Shown in pieces: positions 19,336 to 28,892 of a DNA stretch of 64,000 nucleotides. Origin of the DNA: a virus; the IMG/VR virus record IMGVR_UViG_3300009702_000500, positions 1 to 64,000 of that record. The stretch is one strand, 5' to 3'. Each line of letters opens with the position of its first letter. Positions within the stretch are counted from its first letter, which is position 1. The notes beneath the pieces are model-generated. The model saw nothing but the letters and a program-made list of their open reading frames with translations, searched no databases and was not told the origin of the DNA. Both the position numbers and the translations under genes were made by a program.

Positions 19336-20913
19336 ATGGCTACTACTAATATCTACATAGACTCGTCCTTTGTTGAGCCTGACCCACATGGTTTTAGACC
19401 TCCTATTACGCATGAGTTATCTTTTGATGTTCCTGATAATATTGGTGGTAGGGATATACCTTTGGTATTGAAGTATAGTACAACTACATCTGGTGAATCT
19501 GTATGGCCTTTGGAATATGTAGTTATTCTGGGTATAGATGCTCCTGGCGAAGAAGTGTACCATGAGTATTTTAGACATGTTGGTACCGTTATCACAGATC
19601 TTACTATTTTAGCTGAATATACATCGTTACTTACTATATCTTCTGGTACCTACTCTGCCTATATGGATTACTTTAATCGTGGCCAGGCATCCTTAGCGGC
19701 ATACCCCATCTATGCAACTTTTGTGACTGGTGATTATATAGGAGCGTTTAATGCTGTTGCTCTTGGTTATAAAACATTTTTGCCGACTATTGATTGGGAC
19801 AGTATAAGAACTAATTATGTTAATTTTACCGGTGATCATGACTATTGGGGAGACCCAATAGGTTCAGTGAGTGGTACTGAAATAATACCTACCCGGTATG
19901 AAACACATTCGAATACTCTTAGTGGTATTCAAAGTAGTTATATAGATATTACTTTATCAGATTGGGTTCCAGGATTTACAGAGTGTAATGTATATTCGGT
20001 GTGGGAGAATATTAGGGATGGTAAACATTATTACTACCCAGTAGAAGTTACTACGAGGTCTGGTGGTTTAACTGGTGCAGTATCTGATGTTTTTTCTACT
20101 ACATTAGATACTAGGTATTTTGAAGTAGATCTTTATTCTGCTGGCCAGAAAGAACCTGTTATAAATATAGAAGTTTCTACTGTTCCAGGCACGAATAATA
20201 AAATAGATTTTGATGTGTGGTCAGTACATCCAGATATGGCATCCATGGCATTTGATGTTGAGTTATTGACCATGTATTTTGATAATTTTAATTTGGCTGT
20301 TGGGGAATATATGACAGCCTCTGGAACTATTTGTGTAGATGTACATGATGAAGTTTATAGTGTAGTTACTTCTGGTACATATTTTATGGTAGATGGGGTG
20401 CCTGTTTCTGGTACATTAACACCTATATCTAATGGATACACTATTTGTTATAACCCCACTGATAATTTTGCGTCTTTAGCCGGACCAACAAAATTCACGG
20501 CACATGCAGAAAATTCTAATGGAGATGTATTAACGAGAGATTATTATGTAACCTTTGGATATGTAGTAGAGTATGATAATTTTAGATTTCGTGGAATAGA
20601 TTTTGGATTGTATAATAAAATAGGTGTAAGAATGACTGCATCTAATTTAATGAATTGCCCCATAGATGATGCTGATGGTTTTTGGTTTGTGAGTAAGGAT
20701 TATGGGAATACGGATTTACGTGCCAGCATTACTGTAATACCTAGTGGTTTAATTTCAGATAAAAGAGACTTACCCACTAGTATTTATCCACAGAGCACAG
20801 CATATTTTTATGATAAAGTTTTTAGAATGGAACTAAATGTGAAGGACTATGGTGGAAATGCTATGGCACCCTTTGTTTTAGTATTCAAAGTTGAAAATTT
20901 AAATGAAGAATAA
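19336..20913 (+). CDS. Structural protein (525 aa), SG(T)-rich, with an Ig-like C-terminal region
   Basis: T/S/Y/D-rich beta composition; 9 SG dipeptides, 5 of them SGT. Confidence 0.55.
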   Translation: MATTNIYIDSSFVEPDPHGFRPPITHELSFDVPDNIGGRDIPLVLKYSTTTSGESVWPLEYVVILGIDAPGEEVYHEYFRHVGTVITDLTILAEYTSLLTISSGTYSAYMDYFNRGQASLAAYPIYATFVTGDYIGAFNAVALGYKTFLPTIDWDSIRTNYVNFTGDHDYWGDPIGSVSGTEIIPTRYETHSNTLSGIQSSYIDITLSDWVPGFTECNVYSVWENIRDGKHYYYPVEVTTRSGGLTGAVSDVFSTTLDTRYFEVDLYSAGQKEPVINIEVSTVPGTNNKIDFDVWSVHPDMASMAFDVELLTMYFDNFNLAVGEYMTASGTICVDVHDEVYSVVTSGTYFMVDGVPVSGTLTPISNGYTICYNPTDNFASLAGPTKFTAHAENSNGDVLTRDYYVTFGYVVEYDNFRFRGIDFGLYNKIGVRMTASNLMNCPIDDADGFWFVSKDYGNTDLRASITVIPSGLISDKRDLPTSIYPQSTAYFYDKVFRMELNVKDYGGNAMAPFVLVFKVENLNEE

Positions 20914-20931
20914 TGCCACATGATGTGGTAT
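20913..20931 (+). promoter_or_regulatory. Small hairpin/inverted repeat directly 5' of a strong RBS
   Basis: ATGCCACA-TGA-TGTGGTAT (8-bp stem, one G-U), followed by GAGGAGGT. Confidence 0.4.
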
Positions 20932-20949
20932 CTGAGGAGGTAAAGTTTT

Positions 20950-22485
20950 ATGACAGCTACAACTAGATGGGTAGAGTATGATGTAACTACGGGGGGTGTA
21001 GCATCTGATGGTGATAACGATGGATTGGGTACCAGGGGATATGCTCTTGCTACAGCAAGTGTGGCAGATTCTTTTAGTATAGCAGACGCTAATAATAGGT
21101 TTCATTTTTCTTTAGACGGAATTACTAATGAATATATTACTATTACTAGTGGTATTAACATGGATCCACGTTTTATAGCTAAAGATATTACTGAAAAGAT
21201 ACATAATCTTGATACTAATTCTACCGCACATCAGTTTGCTAAATGTGTGTGGGAGAATAATGCTTTTAAGTTATATTCAGGAACGTTGGGCACATCCTCT
21301 AGTGCGTCGGTGATTGGTGGTACTAATACAGCACATCTTACATTAGGGTATGGGACTAAAACAGAAGTAGGTGGTGCAGCACATTCCAACACATATAATG
21401 GTGGCTTAACTATTTCTGGCACATACAACGGTATTTTTGATGAGGTGTATAAAATAGTTATAGATAAGGAAATTCCAATACAGACCCCTAATAAGGGTGG
21501 AGCTAATGCCTACAATGGAGTTATAACGACAGGTGGTGCATATAATGATGGTACTTCAATAACATATACACTCGCTATAGATACAACAAATGGTACTACG
21601 ATGGGTGCCGGTACAAGTAATGTTCCAAAACTTACTTGGACTTCTACTGGCAATGTTGATAATAGTACCGCCGAAGGCATAGAATTATTGTATCCTGATT
21701 ATTGGTATTTTATAGGTACTCGTGGACTTATGGTTAAATTTTCTGACGCGGTGTTTAATACATGTGATCCTGCTTGGACAATTAATTGTAATGCAGTACA
21801 ATATGTAGAGGGCAGTAACACTTCAGGGCCTACGGGAACTGCTAAATATTATTGGGGTTCTGATCGTGGTGATAATGCAGCTGCTTCTTATACCACATCG
21901 GCAGTTAACTTTACACAGCTCGGAAGCAGAGGGTTATATATAAAATTCACGGGAACAAATTCAATGAATGCTGGAGATGAGTTTTATGTATTATGTAGAC
22001 CACCTCAACCAAAGGAATATTACGTAACTAATTTGAATTATGGTAATGTCACAGTTTCTACTGAATCAACAATTAAGACGGTTTTATTTGAAATTATATC
22101 TGGGGCTGTAGAGATAAGTACCATTAAGTTCGGTTTACAGAGCCATGGCTCTTTTCAACATCATACAGAAGGTAATGATGATACTTTGTTTAGGTTTGGT
22201 ACTGTTGGACCAGGTAATACTGCGGGCTCACCCCCTATTTCTGGCCGTGAATGGAGAGAAAATGTAGTTGCTAATGATTTAGCAAGTGATACTCCTCCTT
22301 CATATTTATATGCCACCAGGGAAAATCTACACGTAGTAGCTGATGCTGACAATAGTGAAACAATAGGTGGTAGCACTTACTATGGAATGGTAGCAGATCC
22401 TATATGGTTGGGAATACGTTTGGGAGCGAGTGAGGTTGGTGCAAATAGTACAATTAATTATCGTATTTTTTTTGATTACAGTTAA
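20950..22485 (+). CDS. Probable abundant structural protein (511 aa) with a sheath-insertion-like domain
   Basis: GAGGAGGT RBS; T/G-rich; FSLDG...IAKDITEKI...CVWENNAFKLYSGTLG...LTLGY; flanked by RNA hairpins on both sides. Confidence 0.55.
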   Translation: MTATTRWVEYDVTTGGVASDGDNDGLGTRGYALATASVADSFSIADANNRFHFSLDGITNEYITITSGINMDPRFIAKDITEKIHNLDTNSTAHQFAKCVWENNAFKLYSGTLGTSSSASVIGGTNTAHLTLGYGTKTEVGGAAHSNTYNGGLTISGTYNGIFDEVYKIVIDKEIPIQTPNKGGANAYNGVITTGGAYNDGTSITYTLAIDTTNGTTMGAGTSNVPKLTWTSTGNVDNSTAEGIELLYPDYWYFIGTRGLMVKFSDAVFNTCDPAWTINCNAVQYVEGSNTSGPTGTAKYYWGSDRGDNAAASYTTSAVNFTQLGSRGLYIKFTGTNSMNAGDEFYVLCRPPQPKEYYVTNLNYGNVTVSTESTIKTVLFEIISGAVEISTIKFGLQSHGSFQHHTEGNDDTLFRFGTVGPGNTAGSPPISGREWRENVVANDLASDTPPSYLYATRENLHVVADADNSETIGGSTYYGMVADPIWLGIRLGASEVGANSTINYRIFFDYS

Positions 22486-22669
22486 TCCATATGATTTTAT
22501 TGAATATATGGGGGACAGTGCACTGTGCATTGGTAAGATACCCTAACCGTCTTACCTAACCCCTTTACCTGTTAGGGAGGTAATATAGTGTATTATAGTA
22601 AAGGCAAGGATATCTATATTGTTCTATTTGGACAGCTGTGTATAGATGTTTCTTGTCTATTTTCTTTTT
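22486..22669 (+). ncRNA. Candidate structured RNA (hairpin array with complementary kissing loops)
   Basis: Longest intergenic gap in the window. Stems 22486-93/22505-12, 22532-39/22549-56, 22565-70/22578-83, 22603-18/22641-57. Loop CCCTAAC (22541-47) is the exact complement of loop GTTAGGG (22571-77). Many G-U pairs indicate + strand RNA. Confidence 0.5.
22603..22669 (+). terminator. Long imperfect hairpin with U-rich tail (intrinsic terminator/attenuator or processing stem)
   Basis: GGCAAGGATATCTATA pairs with TATAGATGTTTCTTGTC; inner stem TTGTTC/GGACAG; followed by TATTTTCTTTTT, then the GGAGG RBS. Confidence 0.5.
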
Positions 22670-22681
22670 GGAGGTTATATA

Positions 22682-22984
22682 ATGAGGAGAGGTTGGGAAG
22701 TAGAATATAAGAATGGAACAGTAGTTACTGAAGAACAATTGCCTTGGAGTAAGGTTGTTAAAAGAGATATACAAAGGCTAACTCTTAAATACGGTGGTAG
22801 AGAGTGGAATTTGTCAGGTAAACTTGCTTATTTGCAGAAGAAGCGAGGGTCTGTAGATCCTAATATTCCAGGAAGCTTTAGAATAGAATCAAGATCTATT
22901 GGGTACTATGATGCAAATTGTAAAGTTTGGTATACTGTGGATGAAGCTACAGGACAAATGAATATGAGTGTGGAGGAAATTTAG
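22682..22984 (+). CDS. Hypothetical small protein (~100 aa)
   Basis: GGAGG RBS at 22670 favours ATG 22682 over the track start 22646. Confidence 0.6.
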   Translation: MRRGWEVEYKNGTVVTEEQLPWSKVVKRDIQRLTLKYGGREWNLSGKLAYLQKKRGSVDPNIPGSFRIESRSIGYYDANCKVWYTVDEATGQMNMSVEEI

Positions 22985-22985
22985 T

Positions 22986-25900
22986 ATGCCAAGTGACGGT
23001 GGATCAGATAGTGGTTTAGGTGCTATTGGCCGAACTAGATACGACCGTGATGCACAAATACCACAAGAGTCATGGTTTGGTAATTATGAATTTGATATGA
23101 GAGCAGAGCCTTCTTATATTAAAGGTGGTTATCGAAAGAAAAGCATTGTGTCATGTCAATACTATGTACAAAACCAACCAGCGGTTTGTAAATTTTGGAA
23201 AGAAGGAGATCCTGGTAGGTGTGGTTATGTTAGTGGTACGGTAAGTAGTGGTACGGTAAGTAGTGGTACTAATAGAGATGGCATACCGTCTGGTTATAAT
23301 GAGGGATTTTGCGATTATCTTGGTAGAAGATCCTGGTGTAATAAATATGATGGAGGTGGAAAAGGTGAGGATCCTAATTTCATATGTTTAGCACCTAATC
23401 CATTTCTAACCGGTGTTATAAGCGGGGATGGCCGCAATGTGTTAAAGAAGGATATTTTAGGTTACAATGGAGGTGCTTGTGACGGCTATGGTTGTGGACG
23501 TGGTAAAGTTTTCGAAGGCCCTCTAAATAAACTATTAAAAACACCTATCGTATGTAATTATTATAGACCTTGGCAAATGAGTGTTGGGCTGACTCTTCCT
23601 CAAAGTTATGGAGAGGCAATAAGATCACTGTCAGATAATTTTTCTGCACAATATTATCAGGCACTACAAAAATATAATACTAGTCATGCTCTCGGCGTAA
23701 GATTGCCTTTTTATTTTCATGTATTAAACATGAGAGCTACAATGCAAAAATGTTTATATTGGGATGATGATCGAGGTGCGGTATTTTCACTACGTAGTGA
23801 TGGCGAGGGCGGTTATTCTATTGAACTTAGCTCAAATGTACGTTGTACATGTGAAAAGGAAGATTGTGTGCCATATAAAACATTAGATTCAGCGGGGGGC
23901 AGAGCAAGTTGGTTGCTTAGAAATATATGGTGTAAGGGGGGTGGACCTGTATGTAATGGTGTAAGAACGGATTGTCCATGTTATTCTGGTGATTGGTTAT
24001 ATTGTACTGATGATTCTATGATGAATGGTATGCGTGTTACGGCCAACCAATTAATGGAATTAAGATTTTGGACACATGATTGGGATTCACAAGAGGAGTA
24101 CGATAGATATTTTGAATCACGTCCAAATTGGTCAGATGCAACAACTGCTGATTTATACACTTTCGAAAAATATATTCCTTCATACGACAGGAGTGTAGAT
24201 GGATTTGGGAGACAGATGCTTGGTAAAGCGATTCACATGTGCATGCCAGCAAGTTTATGGAATAGATACTACGATCCAAATATCTATATCACACAAGATG
24301 ATATTATTTATTCAGCACATGGACAAGAATTAGGAACTTCTTCACAAGGAAGCCACCATTTTCCCACATTAATGCAAGAACCTTGGGGGTATACTCAATT
24401 TTATGATATGACTGTGGTATATCCATTTGTATCTGATGATTTTAGCGATGATAAGATGATGGAGGGGTGTATAAAAACTACTAGTGATGATCGAGGAATT
24501 TATCATAAATATACTAATAATCCAGAATTTGATTTTATTACAGTGATAGGACAAACAATACGAAATAAAGTTGTGTATGCTGCTAATAAAACTATAACGG
24601 GTGGGTTTGACTATATAAATGATTATTTAAGTGCTTATGAAATGTCACCAGCAGATAGAGAAACAATGATTAAAAATATTGTGGATGAATTTGAGGAGAA
24701 CTTGATATTACATTCGGATGCTACAGTTAAGACTGTTTCAGATAATGTTTCCGGATATTTTTTGGCTACACCATTACGTCTTTTGGTTAATGAGCTTAAT
24801 CATATTGTGATTGTTGCTGTTATTGGCGGTGAGGTGTTTATATTTAAACATCGTTTAGTTGAGAGTAGTTTTTGTGGCCTTTTGTTACAACAAACTAGAT
24901 TTGATCACAAACCACTTAAAAAACAATCATTAATGGGACATTTTGACCCACCAGCAACGGCTGAAGGATCACTTATGTTACTTGGTGCATCTAAATCTGG
25001 TGATGTATATCCAGCACATAGTAGACATGTAGTAACTTTAATAGATGAGTATGATGAATTTGCTTACATAGTAGAAAGGCAGGATGTAAGTTCTGATTTT
25101 TCTTGGGGGTCAGTAGGCAATTCACCCTATGTAATAGTCTATATGAAGGATGACAGAATAAATTACATACTTAATTGGGGTGTATCAAGAGCGTCATTGT
25201 CTTTTATTGGCGATTCCAATAATAGTGCTACTAGTGCTACAGCGAACTCAGATAGCCCTGGTGATTGTTCTAAGGAGGGCTTAGAAGTAGAACTTGAGCA
25301 GGTGTATCCGGATAAATCTACTAAAACTATAATAGTTGACGGGTATAATTATGAGTATAAAGGTACTTCGTATAGTAATTCACAATCACATAGTTTTTTA
25401 GAACCGGGCATTGTGGTATTTCGACCTAAAAATTTAAAAGATAGGATGCGTCGTTACTCCAGTAAAGATTGGGATTTATCTATTGAAGCCTGGGCGCTGG
25501 TTTTTACTCCACAAGAGACAGATGGAGGTAAAACAGCACCAGATCCACCGACCTATAGTGCTCGCTCATCTGATAATTATAGAGGGGACGATCGCACTTC
25601 TGTTGGTACCCATTCTGCTAGTTCTGGTAAAGATAACCCAGGGGGTTTTCCTGGTTTTACGCGAGATGTTGTTAAAACCCCTTATGTTTTATCAGTATCA
25701 CCAACCGGATTTACAGTGACTGGAATTAAAATAGGCCCTATACAAGTAATGGGTATGGCAAAAGCACCAAATGGTAAATATGTTTCTGCTAGTGCCATAA
25801 AAGTGTACGTTTATACTAATACATTGTTTTGTCGAAGTGTGGAGATAAACCATGCGTATAAGGCGATTGGCAAAGAAGAAGCACTTAATCCTTTTGAAGG

Positions 25901-26285
25901 GTTTGCACTAGCTCCTGGTGGAGGATACACACCAATAGGTGAGGAAAGAACTGCTTATAACCATCCACCGTGTGGCGATCATTTGACGAGTCCGGGTACT
26001 GGTAAAGGACCTATGTGGTATCCTTATTCTAGGTGTGATAGGGCGGATCTATATATGCTATGGGCGGTGTGTGGCAGTTGTGTTGCACCTATTGATGGTT
26101 CTCCTAGAGATGATATGAGGTTTTGTATGACTCCTAGTGAAATTATTATGGCGGCCCTCCCCATAGTAATTGGGCTGGTGCATGTGGAATTCAATGTTAC
26201 TATACACACGCCACTTTTCCGGAAGATACTTTTGCGGGTTATGCTAATCTTGTTAATACAGTTGATGCCAAGCTGTACGAGTTGA
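22986..26285 (+). CDS. Giant Cys-rich virion protein, N-terminal part (probably continues via a -1 shift at ~26141 into 26282-28477)
   Basis: GGAGG RBS before ATG 22986. Dense Cys in the N-terminal ~370 aa. The last ~47 codons read like off-frame sequence while the -1 frame is open from 26141. Confidence 0.6.
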   Translation: MPSDGGSDSGLGAIGRTRYDRDAQIPQESWFGNYEFDMRAEPSYIKGGYRKKSIVSCQYYVQNQPAVCKFWKEGDPGRCGYVSGTVSSGTVSSGTNRDGIPSGYNEGFCDYLGRRSWCNKYDGGGKGEDPNFICLAPNPFLTGVISGDGRNVLKKDILGYNGGACDGYGCGRGKVFEGPLNKLLKTPIVCNYYRPWQMSVGLTLPQSYGEAIRSLSDNFSAQYYQALQKYNTSHALGVRLPFYFHVLNMRATMQKCLYWDDDRGAVFSLRSDGEGGYSIELSSNVRCTCEKEDCVPYKTLDSAGGRASWLLRNIWCKGGGPVCNGVRTDCPCYSGDWLYCTDDSMMNGMRVTANQLMELRFWTHDWDSQEEYDRYFESRPNWSDATTADLYTFEKYIPSYDRSVDGFGRQMLGKAIHMCMPASLWNRYYDPNIYITQDDIIYSAHGQELGTSSQGSHHFPTLMQEPWGYTQFYDMTVVYPFVSDDFSDDKMMEGCIKTTSDDRGIYHKYTNNPEFDFITVIGQTIRNKVVYAANKTITGGFDYINDYLSAYEMSPADRETMIKNIVDEFEENLILHSDATVKTVSDNVSGYFLATPLRLLVNELNHIVIVAVIGGEVFIFKHRLVESSFCGLLLQQTRFDHKPLKKQSLMGHFDPPATAEGSLMLLGASKSGDVYPAHSRHVVTLIDEYDEFAYIVERQDVSSDFSWGSVGNSPYVIVYMKDDRINYILNWGVSRASLSFIGDSNNSATSATANSDSPGDCSKEGLEVELEQVYPDKSTKTIIVDGYNYEYKGTSYSNSQSHSFLEPGIVVFRPKNLKDRMRRYSSKDWDLSIEAWALVFTPQETDGGKTAPDPPTYSARSSDNYRGDDRTSVGTHSASSGKDNPGGFPGFTRDVVKTPYVLSVSPTGFTVTGIKIGPIQVMGMAKAPNGKYVSASAIKVYVYTNTLFCRSVEINHAYKAIGKEEALNPFEGFALAPGGGYTPIGEERTAYNHPPCGDHLTSPGTGKGPMWYPYSRCDRADLYMLWAVCGSCVAPIDGSPRDDMRFCMTPSEIIMAALPIVIGLVHVEFNVTIHTPLFRKILLRVMLILLIQLMPSCTS
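23231..23269 (+). repeat. 15-nt tandem repeat (2.6 copies) encoding SGTVSSGTVSSGT
   Basis: TAGTGGTACGGTAAG x2 + TAGTGGTAC. Confidence 0.9.
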
Positions 26286-28477
26286 ATCGTTGGCGATTAC
26301 CACCATTTGGGAATTTTAATAGATCATTTGTAGATCGCAACTTATGTAAAGATTATATAACTTATTTTGATCCTGAACCACAAGATTTTAGAAGTGCTTG
26401 GGCACCTACTGTTGCAGATGATACTTTGTTCTATACTTCTTTTAACGCTTTTGATACATTTTCTAATACCAATGCTAGTGATTGTTTTAGTTTTACCGAT
26501 ACATTAAATTATGGATTGTGTTCAAATATAAATGAGCATATTGATACTAGTAAAAGGCTTAGGTGGGAGGAGGTTTTCAGTCTTAGGAGGTTTAGTGGGT
26601 GGTATCCTAAACCACTTATATATACAAGGTATGGTAGGGTTTCTTATGGTTATATATTTAATGACCCCAAAGTAGCTTGGGCATGGCAAGAGTTTTGGCT
26701 CCCCATAAAACGATCTGGTTTGTTGCCTTCTGTATATTTAGTAAGACCTGCGTATAGAAATGATTTTTATAAAGCAGAACATAGGTATATAACTGATGAG
26801 GGTAAGACCACATTAAAATTTATAGCACCAGAAAGAACTGGCAATGAGTATACTAGGAATTTTCCCCCTAAATTCGCATTGGGCGGTGGCCCACCAAGAA
26901 TGTTTGAATTTTTATATGAAAATTCTACTGATTATGATAATAGTAGATTAGTATGGTTAGATAATTACGACAAGAAAAATCAAGTATACGCTCATACCAC
27001 AGGAGATAGTAGGTTTGATCATGATTATGATGTTATATTTGATTCAGATTATAGTGATAATTACTCGGATGCGGAACACGATAAAAAAGTTAGAGTTGTG
27101 TCCGTTAGCATGTTTGGTGAAGAAACTAAAGTAGCTTATAATAGAGGTATAATTGTTCGTATGAGGAAAAAAGACATATTAGGACTTCCTTATACTACTG
27201 TTGAAAATACTTTTGTTCCCAGCAAAAATAAAATTAATCCACCATCTAAATCATTCCCAGGAATGTACACATGGTTTCCTTTTGCCATTGATGATAAAGA
27301 CAAAGATGTTCCAGAGGGATCTGTTAGTATGACGGGGTTGTTTTCTGGAGATCCTATGGCTCTAGAAACACTTACTATAATAGGTCTTTGGGGATCTACT
27401 GAAGTTGAAAAAAAAGATGTAACTTTTTGTCAACCAAGTGTAGAAGTGGTAGGGATGTTGGATTCAGGGGAGGATATGGCATTGGCTGGTTTTTGTGGTA
27501 TAGCCAGTGGTTCGTATAATGTTGCTGGTTTAGAAACATATGAAATAAATATTAAAAACACAATTACTCCGTATAACATGATAAATAGAAGAATTGTATC
27601 AGTAACTATAACACTTTCTTTTTTAGGAAACGAAGCCATTGCTATTAATGAAATAAATGGAATATTTGCTGATCAATGGAAAAGTGTAGAGGAACCAATA
27701 GAGATATGGGAACGTAAATACTTTATAACCACCTTTGAAGATCAGGGGGATGGACCAAACCCAGATACGGAGGAGGGTGTGTTGTTAAACAGACACCATG
27801 GTGCACCACATTTCCCGTATGAATACAACTTTTTTCCTGATGGCTATACTTCTATGAATAAAATGAGAGGGTGTTGGGCCAGTGAGTATTACAAAAGGTA
27901 TGGTAGAGAACCAATAGCAATAGGTATAGGCACTATAACAACTGTTGAAAAAACCAAACAAAAAGAGGAATGGGATGCAGCAGTATCTTTAGATAGATCG
28001 AATTCTGATAGGCTTAATTTTCAGGGATATTTACCTCCTTACCATGAGGTTGTTGCAAAAAATGTGTCGTCTGCTAGTAATCCCGTCATTGTTAATCCCT
28101 TATCGATGATTTTTAACTGCCCTTTAATTAAGTGGGATGATTTATATGGACTCCATGATTTTTATACTGAAGGAGTGCCATGGAAACCTGGCGGTCATAC
28201 ATGGGGATGGAGTAATCATGTTACAAGAATAAATTGTATGGTGGATCCTCCGGTAATACGTAATATTCAGCACCCACACGTGGTTCATTTAGGTCACCAG
28301 ACAGAGTATTCCGTTGGTCTAATGAGCCCAGCAGATTCGCTTAGTTGGGGTAAGGTAGAATATGAATTCAAGGTACACGAAATGGTTCAGAAGCAGTACC
28401 CAGGGGCTGATATAGTTTCTATGTCAACAAATTGGCAAGTACGAGACATAATAAACAGTACAGCTACTCGGAGGTGA
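26282..28477 (+). CDS. C-terminal part of the giant Cys-rich virion protein (frame open from 26141)
   Basis: The TTG start has no RBS. Upstream in-frame sequence reads NYYGGPPHSNWAGACGIQCYYTHATF.... Confidence 0.6.
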   Translation: MNRWRLPPFGNFNRSFVDRNLCKDYITYFDPEPQDFRSAWAPTVADDTLFYTSFNAFDTFSNTNASDCFSFTDTLNYGLCSNINEHIDTSKRLRWEEVFSLRRFSGWYPKPLIYTRYGRVSYGYIFNDPKVAWAWQEFWLPIKRSGLLPSVYLVRPAYRNDFYKAEHRYITDEGKTTLKFIAPERTGNEYTRNFPPKFALGGGPPRMFEFLYENSTDYDNSRLVWLDNYDKKNQVYAHTTGDSRFDHDYDVIFDSDYSDNYSDAEHDKKVRVVSVSMFGEETKVAYNRGIIVRMRKKDILGLPYTTVENTFVPSKNKINPPSKSFPGMYTWFPFAIDDKDKDVPEGSVSMTGLFSGDPMALETLTIIGLWGSTEVEKKDVTFCQPSVEVVGMLDSGEDMALAGFCGIASGSYNVAGLETYEINIKNTITPYNMINRRIVSVTITLSFLGNEAIAINEINGIFADQWKSVEEPIEIWERKYFITTFEDQGDGPNPDTEEGVLLNRHHGAPHFPYEYNFFPDGYTSMNKMRGCWASEYYKRYGREPIAIGIGTITTVEKTKQKEEWDAAVSLDRSNSDRLNFQGYLPPYHEVVAKNVSSASNPVIVNPLSMIFNCPLIKWDDLYGLHDFYTEGVPWKPGGHTWGWSNHVTRINCMVDPPVIRNIQHPHVVHLGHQTEYSVGLMSPADSLSWGKVEYEFKVHEMVQKQYPGADIVSMSTNWQVRDIINSTATRR

Positions 28478-28493
28478 TAGTAGGAGGAAAATT

Positions 28494-28892
28494 ATGATAC
28501 ACGATTTAAAATGTGACCAATGTGAAACAGGTATTCTATATTTAGATGTACCAGAATCTATAGATGTTTTATCATCAGATGAATTAGTAGAGTATAAGCA
28601 TATTAAAAGGTATGTGTCATCAGAAATTAATCGTTTTTATGTGTATAAATGTGATGAATGTGGTGCCATTTTTAGATATAATATTAAAAATATTTTACGT
28701 CAACAATTTGATAACCTTATAGAAATGGTATTAGAAAAAGCGGTGGTTAATAGAATGTTAAATGATAGACAAAATAAAGAATATAAAAGAATTTTAGTAT
28801 ATTGTGGTAAATGTAGTGGTCAGGATGGTCGTGGTAGCTGTATGATAGGAGTATTTAATGCCTGCGATCTGAAGGAGTTTCCAATTGGATAA
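28494..28892 (+). CDS. Zinc-ribbon protein (three CxxC motifs)
   Basis: AGGAGG RBS; CDQC, CDEC, CGKC...C...C. Confidence 0.65.
   Translation: MIHDLKCDQCETGILYLDVPESIDVLSSDELVEYKHIKRYVSSEINRFYVYKCDECGAIFRYNIKNILRQQFDNLIEMVLEKAVVNRMLNDRQNKEYKRILVYCGKCSGQDGRGSCMIGVFNACDLKEFPIG

Noticed and set aside
22541-22577. CCCTAA/TTAGGG telomere-like hexamers
   Set aside because: Single, non-tandem copies; better explained as complementary RNA loops.
22486-22681. tRNA or a known riboswitch
   Set aside because: No cloverleaf or T-loop (GTTCRA) signature and no aptamer consensus that I recognise. An Rfam scan would be decisive.
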